The notes beneath the pieces were generated by a model. The model was not told the DNA's origin. It ran no database searches and saw only the letters and a program-made list of their open reading frames with translations. 64,000 nucleotides of DNA, taken from assembly GCF_006345805.1 (NCBI RefSeq), contig NC_043004.1, positions 77,872,001-77,936,000 on the forward strand, written 5' to 3'. Made by a program: the position numbers and the translations under genes. Of this stretch, positions 63,283 through 64,000 are shown piece after piece; position 1 is the first letter of the stretch, and each line of letters begins with the position of its first letter. This DNA is from Octopus sinensis. Lineage: Eukaryota.

Positions 63283-63285
<3 letters not shown>
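63072..63285 (-). mobile_element. 5-prime-truncated R4/Dong-like 3-prime end flanked by (TAA)n on both sides
   Basis: KYSDKYITKTPGLTNTYNIQKIALLGIAHILCKTLSIQ*, then a short UTR. Confidence 0.75.
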
Positions 63286-63324
<39 letters not shown>

Positions 63325-63334
63325 CATTATTATC

Positions 63335-63360
<26 letters not shown>

Positions 63361-63365
<5 letters not shown>

Positions 63366-63570
63366 TCACTACCTGAAATCAAATAATAGTAATAATAATA
63401 ATAACAACAACAACAACATTGAAAAATACCTTAGGAATGAGAACCCAGGTTCGAAATTTCCCCAACACACCTGATGAAGGCTGGAGGGTATATCAGCCAA
63501 AATGTTGTGTTAACAACAAACAAGATGAGGACAAATATCTGTCAAATGTAAATAATGTAAATAAGAGCAG
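63361..63570 (+). mobile_element. Second copy of the hammerhead-tail element, with an inverted head remnant at 63361-63384
   Basis: gaatgagaacccagg...ctgatgaag...aacaacaaacaagatgaggacaaatatc is shared with the reverse complement of 11925-12060. Confidence 0.65.
63467..63510 (+). ncRNA. Minimal hammerhead motif with G12A core mutation (probably inactive)
   Basis: ACAC-CUGAUGA-A-GGCUG-gaggguauau-CAGCC-AAA-AUGU-U-GUGU; same family as the 12-kb copy. Confidence 0.55.
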
Positions 63571-64000
63571 AGTACTTCAACAGAAATATGGCAACAACAG
63601 AGTTAAGCCCTCATCTTCTAGAATAAAACCACTTCTCTTGGGATGGTGACTTCACTAGTGCTGGTGCCATGTAAAATGCAGCCAGAGCACATTTCCAAAT
63701 GGTTGGCTTTAGGAAGGGAATCCAGTCATAGAAATCATAGCAAAGGAGACATGGGATCACAATGCAGTCCTTGGACCCATAGGGGATTGTCAAACCATCC
63801 AACCCATTCTGGTGTGGGACATGGGGACTTGATGATGATGATAGCCCTTTCTCTCTGTCCTTATTCTCAGAACTAACGAAATAAGTACCAAGAAGACATG
63901 GGGAGCCAAGGGTGCTGGGGTTCTGCAGTAAACGATGAGAAGTGAGTTTCAGAGCTGACACTAAGTAATCGCTTGCATTAGTTCCTGTTTCTTCTGAGAT

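Overview
AT-rich, microsatellite- and retroposon-dense animal DNA. The repeat families look like those of Octopus (coleoid cephalopod); this is inferred from recognising the repeats, not from a search. The one confidently identified host gene element is a 106-nt minus-strand coding exon of dystrobrevin (61518-61623; PSKLNASIGDTTRIDDEHRLIVRYAARLAADASNA). I found no downstream dystrobrevin coiled-coil exon by eye, so most of the window is probably one very large intron. A cluster of clean minus-strand splice sites near 2.5-5.5 kb may be alternative first exons or microexons. The rest is tRNA-derived SINEs, LINE fragments (RTE, CR1, L1/Tx1, R4/Dong), a tandemly duplicated decayed Tc1/mariner element, hAT/mariner/piggyBac-like MITEs, a complete non-autonomous Helitron, a helentron-like end, three long fold-back elements and four tandem duplications with breakpoints in microsatellites. 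The most interesting signal is four minimal type-I hammerhead ribozyme motifs. Two have intact cores and stem I, and three are sense to the dystrobrevin pre-mRNA. One sits in a tRNA-headed SINE-like element, and a second copy of that element's tail lies at 63.4 kb. Coordinates were counted by hand; repeat boundaries are approximate (about +/-10 bp).
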